From Acidobacteriota bacterium (GTDB lineage Bacteria; Acidobacteriota; Terriglobia; Terriglobales; SCQP01): 64,000 nucleotides of DNA. The stretch is taken from NCBI GenBank assembly GCA_004299485.1, contig SCQP01000016.1, positions 314,996 through 378,995 on the forward strand, written 5' to 3'. Made by a program: the position numbers and the translations under genes. Positions 43,042-53,256 of the stretch are shown piece after piece. Position 1 is the stretch's first letter. Each line of letters opens with the position of its first letter. The notes below the pieces were generated by a model, which saw only the letters and a program-made list of their open reading frames with translations, searched no databases and was not told the DNA's origin.

Positions 43042-44154
43042 CTACTCCACCACGTGCCGGGCGGTGTAGGTCTTGCGGTAGTCGATGGTGTACTTCAGCT
43101 TTTTCTGCTTCTGGTTGGTGATGATCAGCGGCTGCCCGTCGGGGGCGACCAGCGCGACTTTGACGTTGCGCCTGGTGCCGTCGAGTTTTTTGTTGGTGGG
43201 CACATAGCTGATCAGGTACTGGCTGCGCACGGCGCCGGCGATGTCGCGGAAGACATCGGAGAAGCCGCCGATGAAGCGCGGCTGGTAATAGCGGCCTCCG
43301 GTTGCGGTGGCGAAGTAACGCATTTCGTTGTCGCCCTGCAGCAGGCTCATCTGCGACATGCCGGTGTAGCCGTTCTCCTGCAGCCACTCCTCCAGCGCAA
43401 AGCTCATGCTGACGCTGAAGATGGTGATGTTCTGCGTCTGCGCGATCTGCTTGCGGAGTTGATCGAAGTTGATGTGGCTGAAGGTATTGAGGCCGGTGGC
43501 GATGAGGATGATGGTCTTGTGGCCCTGAACGCCATTGAGGCGGTCAATCGTGTTGGAGAGGGAATCGAACAGATCACTTTCGCTGAAGTTGGCGAAATGC
43601 AGCGAGGAGATGGCGGCCTGGATGGCGCGCCGGTTGTGGGTAAAGTCCACCACGATGGTGGGCTTGAGATCGAAGGTCTCCAGCGCCACCCAATCCTGCG
43701 GCTGCATCGCGCCGGTGAAGGCGTAGGAGGCGTTGAGGATGTTATAGAGGATGGGATACCAGGTGTTGTTGAACTGCACCAGCAGCACCGCGGTCATGGG
43801 CGCGTCGTTGGTGACCGTCACCTTGTCAATGGTCTGCTTGACACCATCCTCAAAAATCTCGAAATCCTTGGCTGGCAGGTTGGGCACGAACTGGCCATCC
43901 TTGAGCTGCACCGAAACCGGAATCTGAACCTCAGGCACATTGACGCTGAAGTTGTATTGTGGCTTCTGCGCGGGCTTCAGGGTCTGCTGCCCGGGCGGCG
44001 GTGGCGGGGGTGTGGTGGGCTGCGCAGGCGTGGTCTTCTTTTTCGGAATGATGACCGGGCCTTGCTTGGGCAGGCCCTGCGCGAAGGCGGCCGCGGCGCC
44101 CAAGCCAAAAACCAGGGCAAGGATCAGCGCGAGAGATGCAGGATGGCGATGCAT
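43042..44154 (-). CDS. VWA-domain protein of the acidobacterial 'VWFA-related' type
   Basis: The signal peptide is 'MHRHPASLALILALVFGLGAAAAFA'. 'FSVNVPEVQIPVSVQLKDGQFVPNLPAKDFEIFEDGVKQ' is followed by a VWA-like body. The ATG at 44154 avoids an 83-nt overlap with the upstream gene. Confidence 0.8.
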   Translation of the reverse strand: MHRHPASLALILALVFGLGAAAAFAQGLPKQGPVIIPKKKTTPAQPTTPPPPPPGQQTLKPAQKPQYNFSVNVPEVQIPVSVQLKDGQFVPNLPAKDFEIFEDGVKQTIDKVTVTNDAPMTAVLLVQFNNTWYPILYNILNASYAFTGAMQPQDWVALETFDLKPTIVVDFTHNRRAIQAAISSLHFANFSESDLFDSLSNTIDRLNGVQGHKTIILIATGLNTFSHINFDQLRKQIAQTQNITIFSVSMSFALEEWLQENGYTGMSQMSLLQGDNEMRYFATATGGRYYQPRFIGGFSDVFRDIAGAVRSQYLISYVPTNKKLDGTRRNVKVALVAPDGQPLIITNQKQKKLKYTIDYRKTYTARHVVE

Positions 44155-44200
44155 AGGCGAGAGGTTCAGAACCGCTTTCCTTGATGTTAACCCTACACCG

Positions 44201-44899
44201 CTACAGCCGCTTGAGGGCAATCTCGGCTTCGGCCCAGCCGGGAAAGCGGCGCTCCTCGGTGCGGAACTCGGCCGAATGGACACAGCGGCGGCTGCCGCGC
44301 ATTTTCACCGGAAAGCGCAGATGCAGCATTTCGTGGTAGAGGACGTATTCCAGCACGAAACGGGGTACACGCGGCGAATCAAAGACGCGGCTAATGAGAA
44401 TGGCGTTGTGCGCCGGGTCGTAGTGCCCGAGATTGCGGCGCGCCACCGCTGCCGCCCAGGCGAGATTGGGCCGCGCCATCCAGCCGGCAAAAAAACGCTG
44501 GTTGAGATCATCGAACAGCACTTCCAGGTCGTAAAGGCGGCCTTGCGGGGAGCCGAGCTGCTTGCGGCCGCGGATCTGGCGGATGAGATGTGCTTTCTCG
44601 ACCATGTCGCGCCGCCCCAGAAAGCGGCGGTAGCGGGCGTTGTAGCTCTCCGGAATCGGCCGCCGGTAGAGTTTGCGTAAGAGGATGTGCGCCAGCGCTT
44701 CCAGAACGAGTTCCGGCGCCGCTTGCAGCAAATCGCTGAGCCGGATGAGCAGCTTGCCCTGCCGGAGCCGGATGGTGTTATTGATCTGGGCAAACGGATA
44801 AAACTGAATCTCCAGCGCCGGCAGCGGCGTGCGCGGCTTCAGCTCGCGGAAAACGGCCAGAAAGGTAGGCTCTAAATCTCGCATTCGCGGCAGGCGCAC
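44201..44899 (-). CDS. SprT-like/DUF45-like zinc metallopeptidase-fold protein
   Basis: The HExxH motif 'YHEMLHLRF' is followed by 'HSAEF'. Family assignment is approximate. Confidence 0.6.
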   Translation of the reverse strand: MRLPRMRDLEPTFLAVFRELKPRTPLPALEIQFYPFAQINNTIRLRQGKLLIRLSDLLQAAPELVLEALAHILLRKLYRRPIPESYNARYRRFLGRRDMVEKAHLIRQIRGRKQLGSPQGRLYDLEVLFDDLNQRFFAGWMARPNLAWAAAVARRNLGHYDPAHNAILISRVFDSPRVPRFVLEYVLYHEMLHLRFPVKMRGSRRCVHSAEFRTEERRFPGWAEAEIALKRL

Positions 44900-44902
44900 C
44901 GT

Positions 44903-45436
44903 TCATTTCTTGCCGGCGTTGGCGCGGTCCTGTTCCGCATTTTGCAGGCTGTCGTTGGTGGCGTCAAGGCAGTTCTGAAGTTCGAAATGATAGCTGGCGA
45001 GATCGGCGGAGGAGGAGTTGTTTTGAATTTGTTGCAGGTGCGCGAGCATGGCCTGTTCCGCTTTGATGACGCCATCGAGCACTTTGCCGACCTTATATTT
45101 CGGTCCGCCGGGCTGGGGAGGGCTGGCGAGGTCATCGACGGCGTCGTCATATTCGGCCAGAATGGCGCGGTACTGCTGCAGCATGAGGTACAACTGGGCG
45201 GAGCGGCCGGGCGAGGTGGCAGGCGCGGCGCGGATCTTTTCAAACTGATCGAGCCGCACTTGCGCAAAACTCAGCAGCAGCGGCACGCGCTGGTTGAGCT
45301 GGTCGGCGGTGTTGCGCACCTGGTCGGCTTCCTGCGGGGTAAGAGGATCGCGGCCGAGAATTTGGGAGCTGGCTGCCGTGGCGAAGAGCAGCAGCCCCGC
45401 GAGAGCAGCGCCTACGATTTGGGTGCGAACAGCCAT
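44903..45436 (-). CDS. Secreted alpha-helical hypothetical protein
   Basis: The signal peptide is 'MAVRTQIVGAALAGLLLFATAASS'. It is tightly packed in the uvrA-downstream gene string. Confidence 0.55.
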   Translation of the reverse strand: MAVRTQIVGAALAGLLLFATAASSQILGRDPLTPQEADQVRNTADQLNQRVPLLLSFAQVRLDQFEKIRAAPATSPGRSAQLYLMLQQYRAILAEYDDAVDDLASPPQPGGPKYKVGKVLDGVIKAEQAMLAHLQQIQNNSSSADLASYHFELQNCLDATNDSLQNAEQDRANAGKK

Positions 45437-45906
45437 TGCAATAACTCGTAGTTCAGATCCGTGAAGTGATCGACCGCGGCCTTCACTTTCGCCTGCTGGC
45501 GGAAACCGACCGATTGCTCGAGGCCGCGCAAGCCAAAGCTGATGCGCTGGATGTTTTCCTCGACGTGTTTGATGCCGTCCTTCTTCCCCAGCTTGACCTG
45601 CGTCTGCAGCAGAGCGCAGGCCTGATCGGCGTGTGCCGTCATCTGCGCCATGTACTGATCGGCGGCCGAGGCATCGTGAGCCTTGAAGCTGGTGTCGGCA
45701 AAGGTGTAGTCATAGGCGGCCATGGTCGCCAGGGTTTCGGCGAGTTTATGGCCCTGCTGCTTGGCGGCTTTGGCCTGCAGCTTGGCGTAGTTTTGCACCC
45801 ACTTGGGGTCGAGATGAACGGCGCTCGTAGAGGCGACCTGCGCCGCCAGCCCAGCCGGCAACACGACCAGCAGTGCCAACACCAACATGCGCGAACGAAC
45901 ATGCAC
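45412..45906 (-). CDS. Secreted alpha-helical hypothetical protein
   Basis: The signal peptide is 'MHVRSRMLVLALLVVLPAGLAAQ'. Confidence 0.55.
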   Translation of the reverse strand: MHVRSRMLVLALLVVLPAGLAAQVASTSAVHLDPKWVQNYAKLQAKAAKQQGHKLAETLATMAAYDYTFADTSFKAHDASAADQYMAQMTAHADQACALLQTQVKLGKKDGIKHVEENIQRISFGLRGLEQSVGFRQQAKVKAAVDHFTDLNYELLQWLFAPKS

Positions 45907-45943
45907 AATCCTAGGATGCCGCTTTCCGCTTAGGGTGACAACC

Positions 45944-48886
45944 TTATGCGGACACGGGCAGCAGCAGCGGCGCCAAAAATGGCGCGGTGAGTGATTCCTG
46001 GGCTTCGGCGACCATTTCCGGCGTCCCTTCCGCCACCAAACGACCGCCGCGCTCGCCCGCTTCCGGACCTAGATCCAGGATCCAATCCGCCGACTTGACG
46101 ACTTCCAGATTGTGCTCAATGACGACCACCGAGCCGCCGGTTGCGATGAGCCGGCGAAAGGCGGCCAGCAGCTTGGCAATGTCGTCAAAGTGCAAGCCGG
46201 TGGTGGGCTCATCGAACAGAAACAGGGTGCGGTCGGCGGAACGCGGCTGGGCAAGATGCGCGGCCAGCTTGAGACGCTGCGCCTCGCCGCCCGACAGTGT
46301 CGTCGCCGACTGGCCCAGGCGCAGGTAGCCAAGGCCGATTTCTTCCAGCAAGCGCAGCGGCCGCACGATTTTGGGCTGATCGGCAAAAAACTCCAGCGCC
46401 TGGTGGATGCTCATCTGCAGGACCTGATGAATGTTGTGCTCTTTGTACTCCACCTCCAGCACTTTCGCCTGATAGCGTGTGCCATTGCACTCCTCGCAGA
46501 CCAGCTCGACATCGGCAAGAAACTGCATGTCCACCGTCACCACGCCTTCGCCCTGGCAGGTTTCGCAGCGCCCGCCGGGAATGTTGAAGGAGAAATGACC
46601 GGCGCGCAGGCCGCGGCGGCGGGCGCCGGGCTGGCGCGCGAACAGCTCGCGGATGCCGTCGAAGGCCTTCATATAGGTCACCGGATTGGAGCGCGGCGAG
46701 CGCCCGATCGGCGACTGATCGACCAGAACGACTTCACGGACGTAGCTGAGGCCGTCGATGCCGCTGCAGCCGGTCCATTCCGCGCCGGCGCCGGTATCTT
46801 CCTCTTCTTCGGCCGCAGCTTCCACCCGGTGCAGCACGCGATGGAGGTTGCGATACAAGACCTCGTGCAGCAGGGTACTTTTGCCGCTGCCGGAAACACC
46901 GGTAATGGCGACGAGCAAGCCCAGCGGAATTTCGACCTCGAGGTGGGCGAGGTTGTTGGCGTGCGCGTCGTGCACGGTCAGCGCGCGGCGGCCGGGATGT
47001 TGCCGCTGCGAGGGTACGGGGATCGACCGCTCACCGCGCAGATACTGCCCGGTCAGGGAAGCCGGAGTGTGTGCGACCTGCTGCCAGGTTCCCATGGCCA
47101 CCACCTCCCCGCCTTGTTCGCCCGCGCCGGGGCCGAGATCGAGCAACTGATCGGCAGCACGCATCACCTCCGGATCGTGTTCCACCACCAGAATCGTATT
47201 GCCCATGTCGCGCAGCTCGAGCAGGATGGCGATCAGGCGCTGGGTGTCACGCGGGTGCAAACCGATGGAGGGCTCATCGAGCACGTAGAGCGCGCCGACA
47301 AGCTGGCCGCCGAGGCAGGCAGCGAGCTGAATGCGTTGCGCTTCGCCGCCGGAAAGCGTCGAGGCCATGCGATCGAGCGTCAGGTACTCGAGGCCCACTT
47401 TGCGCAAAAACTCCAGCCGGCGGTGAATTTCCAGCAGAACGGGCTGAGCGACGGCGGCTTGCCCTGGGCTGAGCACCAGGCCGGAGAAAAACGCCTGCGC
47501 GCGCTCCACCGTCATGGCCGTAACCTGGGCAATGTTGGCGGTCATCTTGCCTGCGGAACGCAACACCACGGCAAGCGCCTCCGGCCGCAGCCGCGCACCG
47601 CCGCAGTCCGGGCAGAGGGCATAGTTGCGATAGCGGCTAAGCAGCACACGCACATGGACTTTATATTTCTTCCGCTCGAGATAGGCGAAAAAGCCGCGCA
47701 CGCCCGGGAAGCGGCCGCTGCCCTCCCACACCCAGTGCTGTTGCTCGGGGCTGAGCTCGCGCCAGGGACGGTCCAGCGGCACGCCCGCCAGCGGCGCGTA
47801 GCGCCGCATCACGTTGCGCCAGCGCGTGCCCCGGGGCGTGTTCCAAATTTCAATCGCGCCCTCGGCCAGGCTGCGGCCGGGGTCGGGGATGACGCGGTCG
47901 CGGGCAATCTCGCTGGAGCGGCCAAACCCCTGACAGCGCGGGCAGGCGCCGTAGGGGTTGTTGAAGGAAAACAGCCGCGGTTCGGGCGTCTCAACGGCAC
48001 GGCCACAATGCGGGCACTCCAGATGCCCGGCGACGCGCCAGCGCGGCGGCACTGTCTCGCCTTCGGTTTCTGGAACAAATTCCAAGGCGGCCTCGCCGCC
48101 CTCGCGGATGGCGGTTTCCAGCGCCTCGACCAGGCGCGGGCGCTCGTCCGGCTCGACCCGCAGGCGGTCCACCAGCGCATAGATCGGTTTGCGGAAATTC
48201 AACTCCAGCAGCGACTCGGGGGTGGAGAACTCCACCGTCAGGCCGCTCTGCCAGAGGCGGTTGAAGCCGCGGCCGCGCAACTCGGCGAGCCGCTCCTTCA
48301 TGCCGTTGCGCATTGACTGGCGCGGGGCCTGGCCTGGCTGCGCCACGCCCCCCGCTTGACGCTCGGCCGGGCTGGGGGCCCCAGTAGCCCCAGCCCGGCC
48401 CGCGCGTTTGGCCGGCGCCTTGACGGGAAACAGCACCAAACAGCGGCGGCCGTTCACCTGCGCGAACAGCCGCGCCACCACGCTGTCGACATCCTCGCGT
48501 TCGAGCGGGCGGCCGCACTCGGGGCAGAGCGGCGTGCCGGCGCGGGCGAAAAGCAGGCGCAGGTAATCGTAGATTTCCGTCGCCGTGCCCACCGTGGAGC
48601 GCGGATTGCGGCTGGAGGTTTTCTGCCGGATGGCAACCGCGGGGGCGATGCCGTCGATGGAGTCGGCATCGGGCTTTTCCATGCGCTCCAGAAATTGGCG
48701 CGCGTAGGCGGACAGCGATTCCACGTAACGGCGCTGGCCCTCGGCGTAGATGGTGTCGAACGCCAGGCTGCTCTTGCCGGAACCGGAGACCCCGGTGACC
48801 ACCGTCCAGGCGTTCAGGGGCAGAGCGACATCGATGTTTTTCAGGTTGTGAACGCGAGCGCCGCGGATCTGAATTGTTTCCGGCAT
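45944..48886 (-). CDS. uvrA: Excinuclease ABC subunit A
   Basis: 'IRGARVHNLKNIDV', 'GVSGSGKSSLAFDTIYAEGQRRYVESLSAYARQFL', two ABC modules and zinc-finger Cys clusters. Confidence 0.95.
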   Translation of the reverse strand: MPETIQIRGARVHNLKNIDVALPLNAWTVVTGVSGSGKSSLAFDTIYAEGQRRYVESLSAYARQFLERMEKPDADSIDGIAPAVAIRQKTSSRNPRSTVGTATEIYDYLRLLFARAGTPLCPECGRPLEREDVDSVVARLFAQVNGRRCLVLFPVKAPAKRAGRAGATGAPSPAERQAGGVAQPGQAPRQSMRNGMKERLAELRGRGFNRLWQSGLTVEFSTPESLLELNFRKPIYALVDRLRVEPDERPRLVEALETAIREGGEAALEFVPETEGETVPPRWRVAGHLECPHCGRAVETPEPRLFSFNNPYGACPRCQGFGRSSEIARDRVIPDPGRSLAEGAIEIWNTPRGTRWRNVMRRYAPLAGVPLDRPWRELSPEQQHWVWEGSGRFPGVRGFFAYLERKKYKVHVRVLLSRYRNYALCPDCGGARLRPEALAVVLRSAGKMTANIAQVTAMTVERAQAFFSGLVLSPGQAAVAQPVLLEIHRRLEFLRKVGLEYLTLDRMASTLSGGEAQRIQLAACLGGQLVGALYVLDEPSIGLHPRDTQRLIAILLELRDMGNTILVVEHDPEVMRAADQLLDLGPGAGEQGGEVVAMGTWQQVAHTPASLTGQYLRGERSIPVPSQRQHPGRRALTVHDAHANNLAHLEVEIPLGLLVAITGVSGSGKSTLLHEVLYRNLHRVLHRVEAAAEEEEDTGAGAEWTGCSGIDGLSYVREVVLVDQSPIGRSPRSNPVTYMKAFDGIRELFARQPGARRRGLRAGHFSFNIPGGRCETCQGEGVVTVDMQFLADVELVCEECNGTRYQAKVLEVEYKEHNIHQVLQMSIHQALEFFADQPKIVRPLRLLEEIGLGYLRLGQSATTLSGGEAQRLKLAAHLAQPRSADRTLFLFDEPTTGLHFDDIAKLLAAFRRLIATGGSVVVIEHNLEVVKSADWILDLGPEAGERGGRLVAEGTPEMVAEAQESLTAPFLAPLLLPVSA

Positions 48887-48904
48887 AGTCCAGAAACCTT
48901 CAGT

Positions 48905-49945
48905 TTAGCAGGCGGCCGCGCGAACCCATTGCACCAGCGCTTGCACGGCTGCGACCGGCGTGGCAGGTAAAATGCCGTGGCCCAGGTTGAAAATAAAGCC
49001 CTTGTGGCCGCGGGCCTGGCGCAGGAGATCCTCCACCGCGGCGCGCAGAACCGGCAAAGGCGCGAGCAGCAGCGTGGGGTCCAGGTTGCCCTGCAGGGCG
49101 GGAACCCGCCCCGGCAGAGGCTCAAGCCGCCGCCAGGCTTCGCGCAGTTCCACGCGCCAGTCAAGGCTCAGTACATCCGCGCCGGTTTCCGCAAGTAGTT
49201 CGAGGTAGCCGGAGGTGCCGGTGGAAAAATAAATCACAGGAATGCCGGCCGGACGTAGCGCCTGCACCAGACGCTGGTTGTGCGGCAAAACCCAGCGGCG
49301 ATAATCCTCCGGCGGCAGCGTGCCCACCCAGCTATCGAACAACTGCACCGCTGCGGCGCCAGCCGCGGCCTGTTCGGCCAGAAAGCCGGCGAGACCCGAG
49401 GTTAGTTTGCGCAGCAGCTCATCCCAGGCAGCAGGCGCTTCGCGCATGAGCTGGCGCGTGTGCAGAAACTGCGTCGACGGGCCACCCTCGATGAGATAGC
49501 TGGCGAGCGTAAACGGCGCGCCGGCAAAGCCCAGCACCGGCAAATCCGGTCCAGCATCAGCCACGCATAGCCGGATGGTTTCGCTCACAAAGCCCAGGGC
49601 GCCGTGCCAGTCTTCCGGCAGCCGCGCCACATCGGCCGCCGTGCGCACCGGCGGCGCAAGCCGCGGACCTTCGCCGGCGACGAATTCCAGCTCCAGACCC
49701 AGCGGTGCCGCGGGCAGGAGCAGGTCGGCGAAGATAATGGCGGCATCGACACCCAGCTTGCGGGCGGCGGTGAGCGTGACTTCAGCGGCGAGCGCCGGCG
49801 TACGGCAGATTTCGAGCAGCGAATAGCGTGCCCGCACGGCGCGGTACTCGGGCATGTACCGTCCGGCCTGGCGCATGAGCCACACCGGCGGCCGGTCGAC
49901 CGGCTGCCCGGCACAGGCGGCTCGGAAACGCTCCGCGGAGGTCAT
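48905..49945 (-). CDS. hemE: Uroporphyrinogen decarboxylase
   Basis: 'PPVWLMRQAGRYMPEYR' is present. The ATG at 49945 overlaps the upstream stop as ATGA. Confidence 0.9.
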   Translation of the reverse strand: MTSAERFRAACAGQPVDRPPVWLMRQAGRYMPEYRAVRARYSLLEICRTPALAAEVTLTAARKLGVDAAIIFADLLLPAAPLGLELEFVAGEGPRLAPPVRTAADVARLPEDWHGALGFVSETIRLCVADAGPDLPVLGFAGAPFTLASYLIEGGPSTQFLHTRQLMREAPAAWDELLRKLTSGLAGFLAEQAAAGAAAVQLFDSWVGTLPPEDYRRWVLPHNQRLVQALRPAGIPVIYFSTGTSGYLELLAETGADVLSLDWRVELREAWRRLEPLPGRVPALQGNLDPTLLLAPLPVLRAAVEDLLRQARGHKGFIFNLGHGILPATPVAAVQALVQWVRAAAC

Positions 49946-51309
49946 GCGCGCTCCGCTGCCAGCCGTTCGACCGAACGCAGCACCGCGATGACGTCCTGGC
50001 GCCGGGAGCGCGGGTTCATCGCCACCATGCGGAAGCAACGGCCGCCGTCGAGCACCGTCGAGCTGAGATAACCCTGTCCGCTGGCGTTGAGGGCTTCTTT
50101 AATCGCCCAATGGCGGCCATCGCTGGATTTGCCGCGCAGGCGGAAGCAGAAGATGTTGGCCTGCGGGCGATGTACCGGCTCAAGAATCCGTGAGCGGCTG
50201 CAGTAATCATGAGCAGCGTCGGCCGCAGCACAGACCGCTTCGGTGAGCGCCGCGAAAAAGCGCGGACCGTAGGCCTGCCACACCAGCCATACCTTCAGGG
50301 CCTCGAAGCGCTGCGAGCAAGCCAGCGTGAACGGCCCGACATCGGGGATCTCGCGCCGCACCGGACTGAACAGATACGGTGCGTTTTGCTCGAACGCACC
50401 CCGCAACCGCACACCCGCGCGCACCAGAACCGCACCCGCGGTCAGCGGCATGAACATCATTTTGTGCGGATCGAAGGCAATCGAATCGGCCTGCTCGATG
50501 CCGCGCAGCAGGCGGCGCAGGTGCGGCGAAAAGGCCATGCCGCCGCCGTGCGCCGCATCCACATGCAGCCAGACGCGCGTACCGCGCTGGCGTCGCAGGG
50601 CCGCGGCAGCGCGGGCGAAGGCTTCCAGATCGTCAAAACTGCCACAGGGCGTCGAGCCGCTGGTGGCGACCAGAATAAAGCGCCGGTAACCGGCCCGGCG
50701 CGCGCGCCGCACCACGGCCGGAATCGCCGCGGCATCGGTGCGGAAGGCGGCATCGAGCGGCAGCGGAAACACGCAGGCCGTACCCATGCCCATGATGCCG
50801 GCGGCGCGCGCCACGGAGTAATGCGTCTGCACGCCCGCGAGAATGGCAACCTTGCCGGTGGCGCCGCTCTCCCAGGCTTCCGGCGCCAGCGCCGCGCGTG
50901 CCGCTTGCAGCGCGGTGAGATTGGCGAAACTGCCCCCTGGCGTCAGCGAACCTTCGGCGGAATCCGGATAGCCGAGCAGCTTCTTGAAGCGGCCCATGAC
51001 TTCCCGGTCGACCAGCGTCGCCGCGGGTGACATCTCCCACACCGCTATGCTCTGATTCAGCGCGGCGACAACCGATTCGGCCAGCGCGGCGAGCGGCACC
51101 GGAGCGCAGATTTGCTGCGCCATGGCGCGGGGATGACTTTGATGCAGGCTGGCGGCGCACAATTCCCGCAGCCAGCCAGGAGCGCGTTCGGCGCCGCCGC
51201 GGGCGCTGCGCAGCAGCGAGCGCGTGCGCTTGAGAAAATCGGGCGCCAGCACCGGGCCGCCACCGCGGCACAGCTCCGCCACCGCCAGATCGCTGAAAGC
51301 GCGGCCCAA
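49942..51309 (-). CDS. Pyridoxal-dependent (group II) decarboxylase
   Basis: 'HVDAAHGGG' and the PLP lysine in 'FDPHKMMFMP' are present. The track ORF's first ~45 codons are just the translation of repeat copy E, so I place the start near the TTG at 51309, with uncertainty. Confidence 0.8.
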   Translation of the reverse strand: MGRAFSDLAVAELCRGGGPVLAPDFLKRTRSLLRSARGGAERAPGWLRELCAASLHQSHPRAMAQQICAPVPLAALAESVVAALNQSIAVWEMSPAATLVDREVMGRFKKLLGYPDSAEGSLTPGGSFANLTALQAARAALAPEAWESGATGKVAILAGVQTHYSVARAAGIMGMGTACVFPLPLDAAFRTDAAAIPAVVRRARRAGYRRFILVATSGSTPCGSFDDLEAFARAAAALRRQRGTRVWLHVDAAHGGGMAFSPHLRRLLRGIEQADSIAFDPHKMMFMPLTAGAVLVRAGVRLRGAFEQNAPYLFSPVRREIPDVGPFTLACSQRFEALKVWLVWQAYGPRFFAALTEAVCAAADAAHDYCSRSRILEPVHRPQANIFCFRLRGKSSDGRHWAIKEALNASGQGYLSSTVLDGGRCFRMVAMNPRSRRQDVIAVLRSVERLAAERA

Positions 51310-51362
51310 ACGGCGTAATTGCGCGGGATTCCATGCCCTGGAGATCCAGTCTTCCGTGGACA

Positions 51363-51472
51363 GTGGCTCGCCACTTTTTGCCCTGGTCGCTCCCGATGGT
51401 CGCTTGGAGTGCGGGCTTCGATTCCCGGCAGGGCCCGTCCGCTGGCGTTCAGGGCTCCTCCAAGCTACCGCC
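51363..51472 (+). repeat. Interspersed ~110-bp element, copy E
   Basis: It aligns with copies C and D and ends 20 nt upstream of the acyltransferase ATG. Confidence 0.8.
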
Positions 51473-51492
51473 AAATCAGGCATGTACGTTCA

Positions 51493-52683
51493 ATGATACC
51501 TTGGACGAAGTTGGCTTTATCACCGCAAAACAAAGGCAGAATCGCGGAACTGGACGGCCTGCGCGCCATTGCGGTGCTGGCCGTCATCTCGTTTCACTAC
51601 ACCATCGGCACGGTCTGGAAGAACGCGATCACAGGCCTGGGCTGGGCGGGCGTCGATCTGTTTTTCGTCCTGTCGGGGTTTTTAATCACCTCGATTCTGC
51701 TCGCCAGCCGCGAGCGGCCGCATTATTTCTCGACGTTTTACGCGCGCCGCACGCTGCGCATTTTTCCCATCTACTATTGCCTGCTGGTCATCTACCTGCT
51801 CGCCGCGGTGGCCTGGGGCGGACCGCAGTCGTGGACCTACTGGACGATGCACGCCCTGTATCTGTCGAGCGTGGTGGCCTATTTTCATGGCTGGCTGTTC
51901 CAGGCGCCGGTGTTTGTCTATGCCGGACTGGCGGTGCTGTGGTCGCTGTCGATTGAAGAGCTGTTTTATCTGATGTGGGCGCCGGTGGTGCGCTGGGTGC
52001 GGCCGGCGCGGCTGTGGCCGCTGTTGGCCGCCGTGATCCTCACCGCGCCAGTCCTGCGCTTCGCGATCCATACGCACGCGTTTCCGGAATATGAGTTCTT
52101 GCCGGCGCGCTTCGATAGTCTGGCTTGGGGCGCGGCGCTGGCGCTGCTACTGCGCTATCGCAGCAACCTCCAAAAGCTGCCGCAATGGCTGCGCGGGGTG
52201 GGGTTGAGCGCAGGCGGAGCGTTCGCGCTGCTGGCGCTGGCCACCGGCGGCTCGCGCAGCAATCTCTGGATGGCCACCTTCGGCTACTCGCTGCTCGCCA
52301 TCGCCTTTGCCGGACTGATCGGCTGGACGGTGCTGCGGGCGGGCAGCACCGCGCCGCTCTGCCGTTTTCTGCGGCTGCGGCCCGCGCGCCAGCTCGGCAC
52401 CGTCAGCTACACCACGTATTTGATCCACTATCCGGCGCTGGCTCTGGTAGGCGCCGCGGCGACCACCTGGTGGGGATTGCAGCTAAACGGCAGCGTTGCC
52501 GGGGTGTTTGGCCGCGACCTCATCAGCCTGGCACTGGCACTGCTGGTGGCCGCGGCCTCCTGGCGCTGGCTGGAAAGCCCGCTTTTGCAGCTCAAAGACC
52601 ATTGGAAGCCTGCGATTGGTCATGTGCGTGAACCGGCGCGGCGGCCGATACGTACAGTAGAGGCAGGAACGGAATTATCGTAA
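51493..52683 (+). CDS. Acyltransferase family 3 (OafA/YrhL-like) membrane protein
   Basis: 'ELDGLRAIAVLAVISFHY' is followed by ~10 TM helices. Confidence 0.8.
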   Translation: MIPWTKLALSPQNKGRIAELDGLRAIAVLAVISFHYTIGTVWKNAITGLGWAGVDLFFVLSGFLITSILLASRERPHYFSTFYARRTLRIFPIYYCLLVIYLLAAVAWGGPQSWTYWTMHALYLSSVVAYFHGWLFQAPVFVYAGLAVLWSLSIEELFYLMWAPVVRWVRPARLWPLLAAVILTAPVLRFAIHTHAFPEYEFLPARFDSLAWGAALALLLRYRSNLQKLPQWLRGVGLSAGGAFALLALATGGSRSNLWMATFGYSLLAIAFAGLIGWTVLRAGSTAPLCRFLRLRPARQLGTVSYTTYLIHYPALALVGAAATTWWGLQLNGSVAGVFGRDLISLALALLVAAASWRWLESPLLQLKDHWKPAIGHVREPARRPIRTVEAGTELS

Positions 52684-52722
52684 TATGCTGCGAAGTAGAG
52701 GCGGTGGGACGAGGTAAGAACT

Positions 52723-53256
52723 ATGTTCTGCAATCAATGTGGGGCGCGGTTAGATGCCAACGTGGCCTATTGCACGCACTGTGGCAAGGCGGCAGTCACA
52801 GCGCCGGCTTTAGCGGCGCCGGGGCTGCCGCCGCGATCGGCAGTGGGCCGCGTGACCAAGCATCGCAACATTCTGGGCGTGCTCTGGATTGTCCTGGGAG
52901 TAATCGGGTTGCCCGGCGGACTGGTCCTGATCGGATTTTCCAGTTTCAACAACACTTGGGACTGGGGCTGGGGTGGCCCCTGGAGTAGCGGTATGCCGCA
53001 CTTTCTGGGACCGCTGATGGGCGGTCTCGGCACGGCCTTGTTGATTTATTCCGTGCTGACGATCATCGCCGGCGCGGGCCTGCTGATGGCCCAGAGCTGG
53101 GCGCGGATGCTGGCCATCGTGCTGGGCATCATCCGGCTGATCAATATTCCCTTCGGAACGGCGCTGGGAATTTACACGCTCTGGGTGCTGCTGCCCGACG
53201 AGTCGAATATTGAATACGGCCAACTGGTGCAACAGCGCGCGCGTGTACTCAGTTAA
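52723..53256 (+). CDS. Zinc-ribbon membrane protein
   Basis: 'MFCNQCGARLDANVAYCTHCG' is followed by 3-4 TM helices. Confidence 0.65.
   Translation: MFCNQCGARLDANVAYCTHCGKAAVTAPALAAPGLPPRSAVGRVTKHRNILGVLWIVLGVIGLPGGLVLIGFSSFNNTWDWGWGGPWSSGMPHFLGPLMGGLGTALLIYSVLTIIAGAGLLMAQSWARMLAIVLGIIRLINIPFGTALGIYTLWVLLPDESNIEYGQLVQQRARVLS

Noticed and set aside
46112-48316. 734-aa ORF antisense to uvrA
   Set aside because: It is a shadow ORF with no motifs. uvrA is unambiguous.
51310-51483. N-terminal extension of the decarboxylase ORF, with matching 'WRSPERQR..GNRSPHSKRP.GATRAKSGEP' peptides in ORFs 12068..12481, 14700..15323 and 27462..27695
   Set aside because: The shared peptide is simply the translation of the interspersed ~110-bp DNA repeat in one frame. 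It always lies outside the conserved part of the host ORF, so it is not a protein domain.
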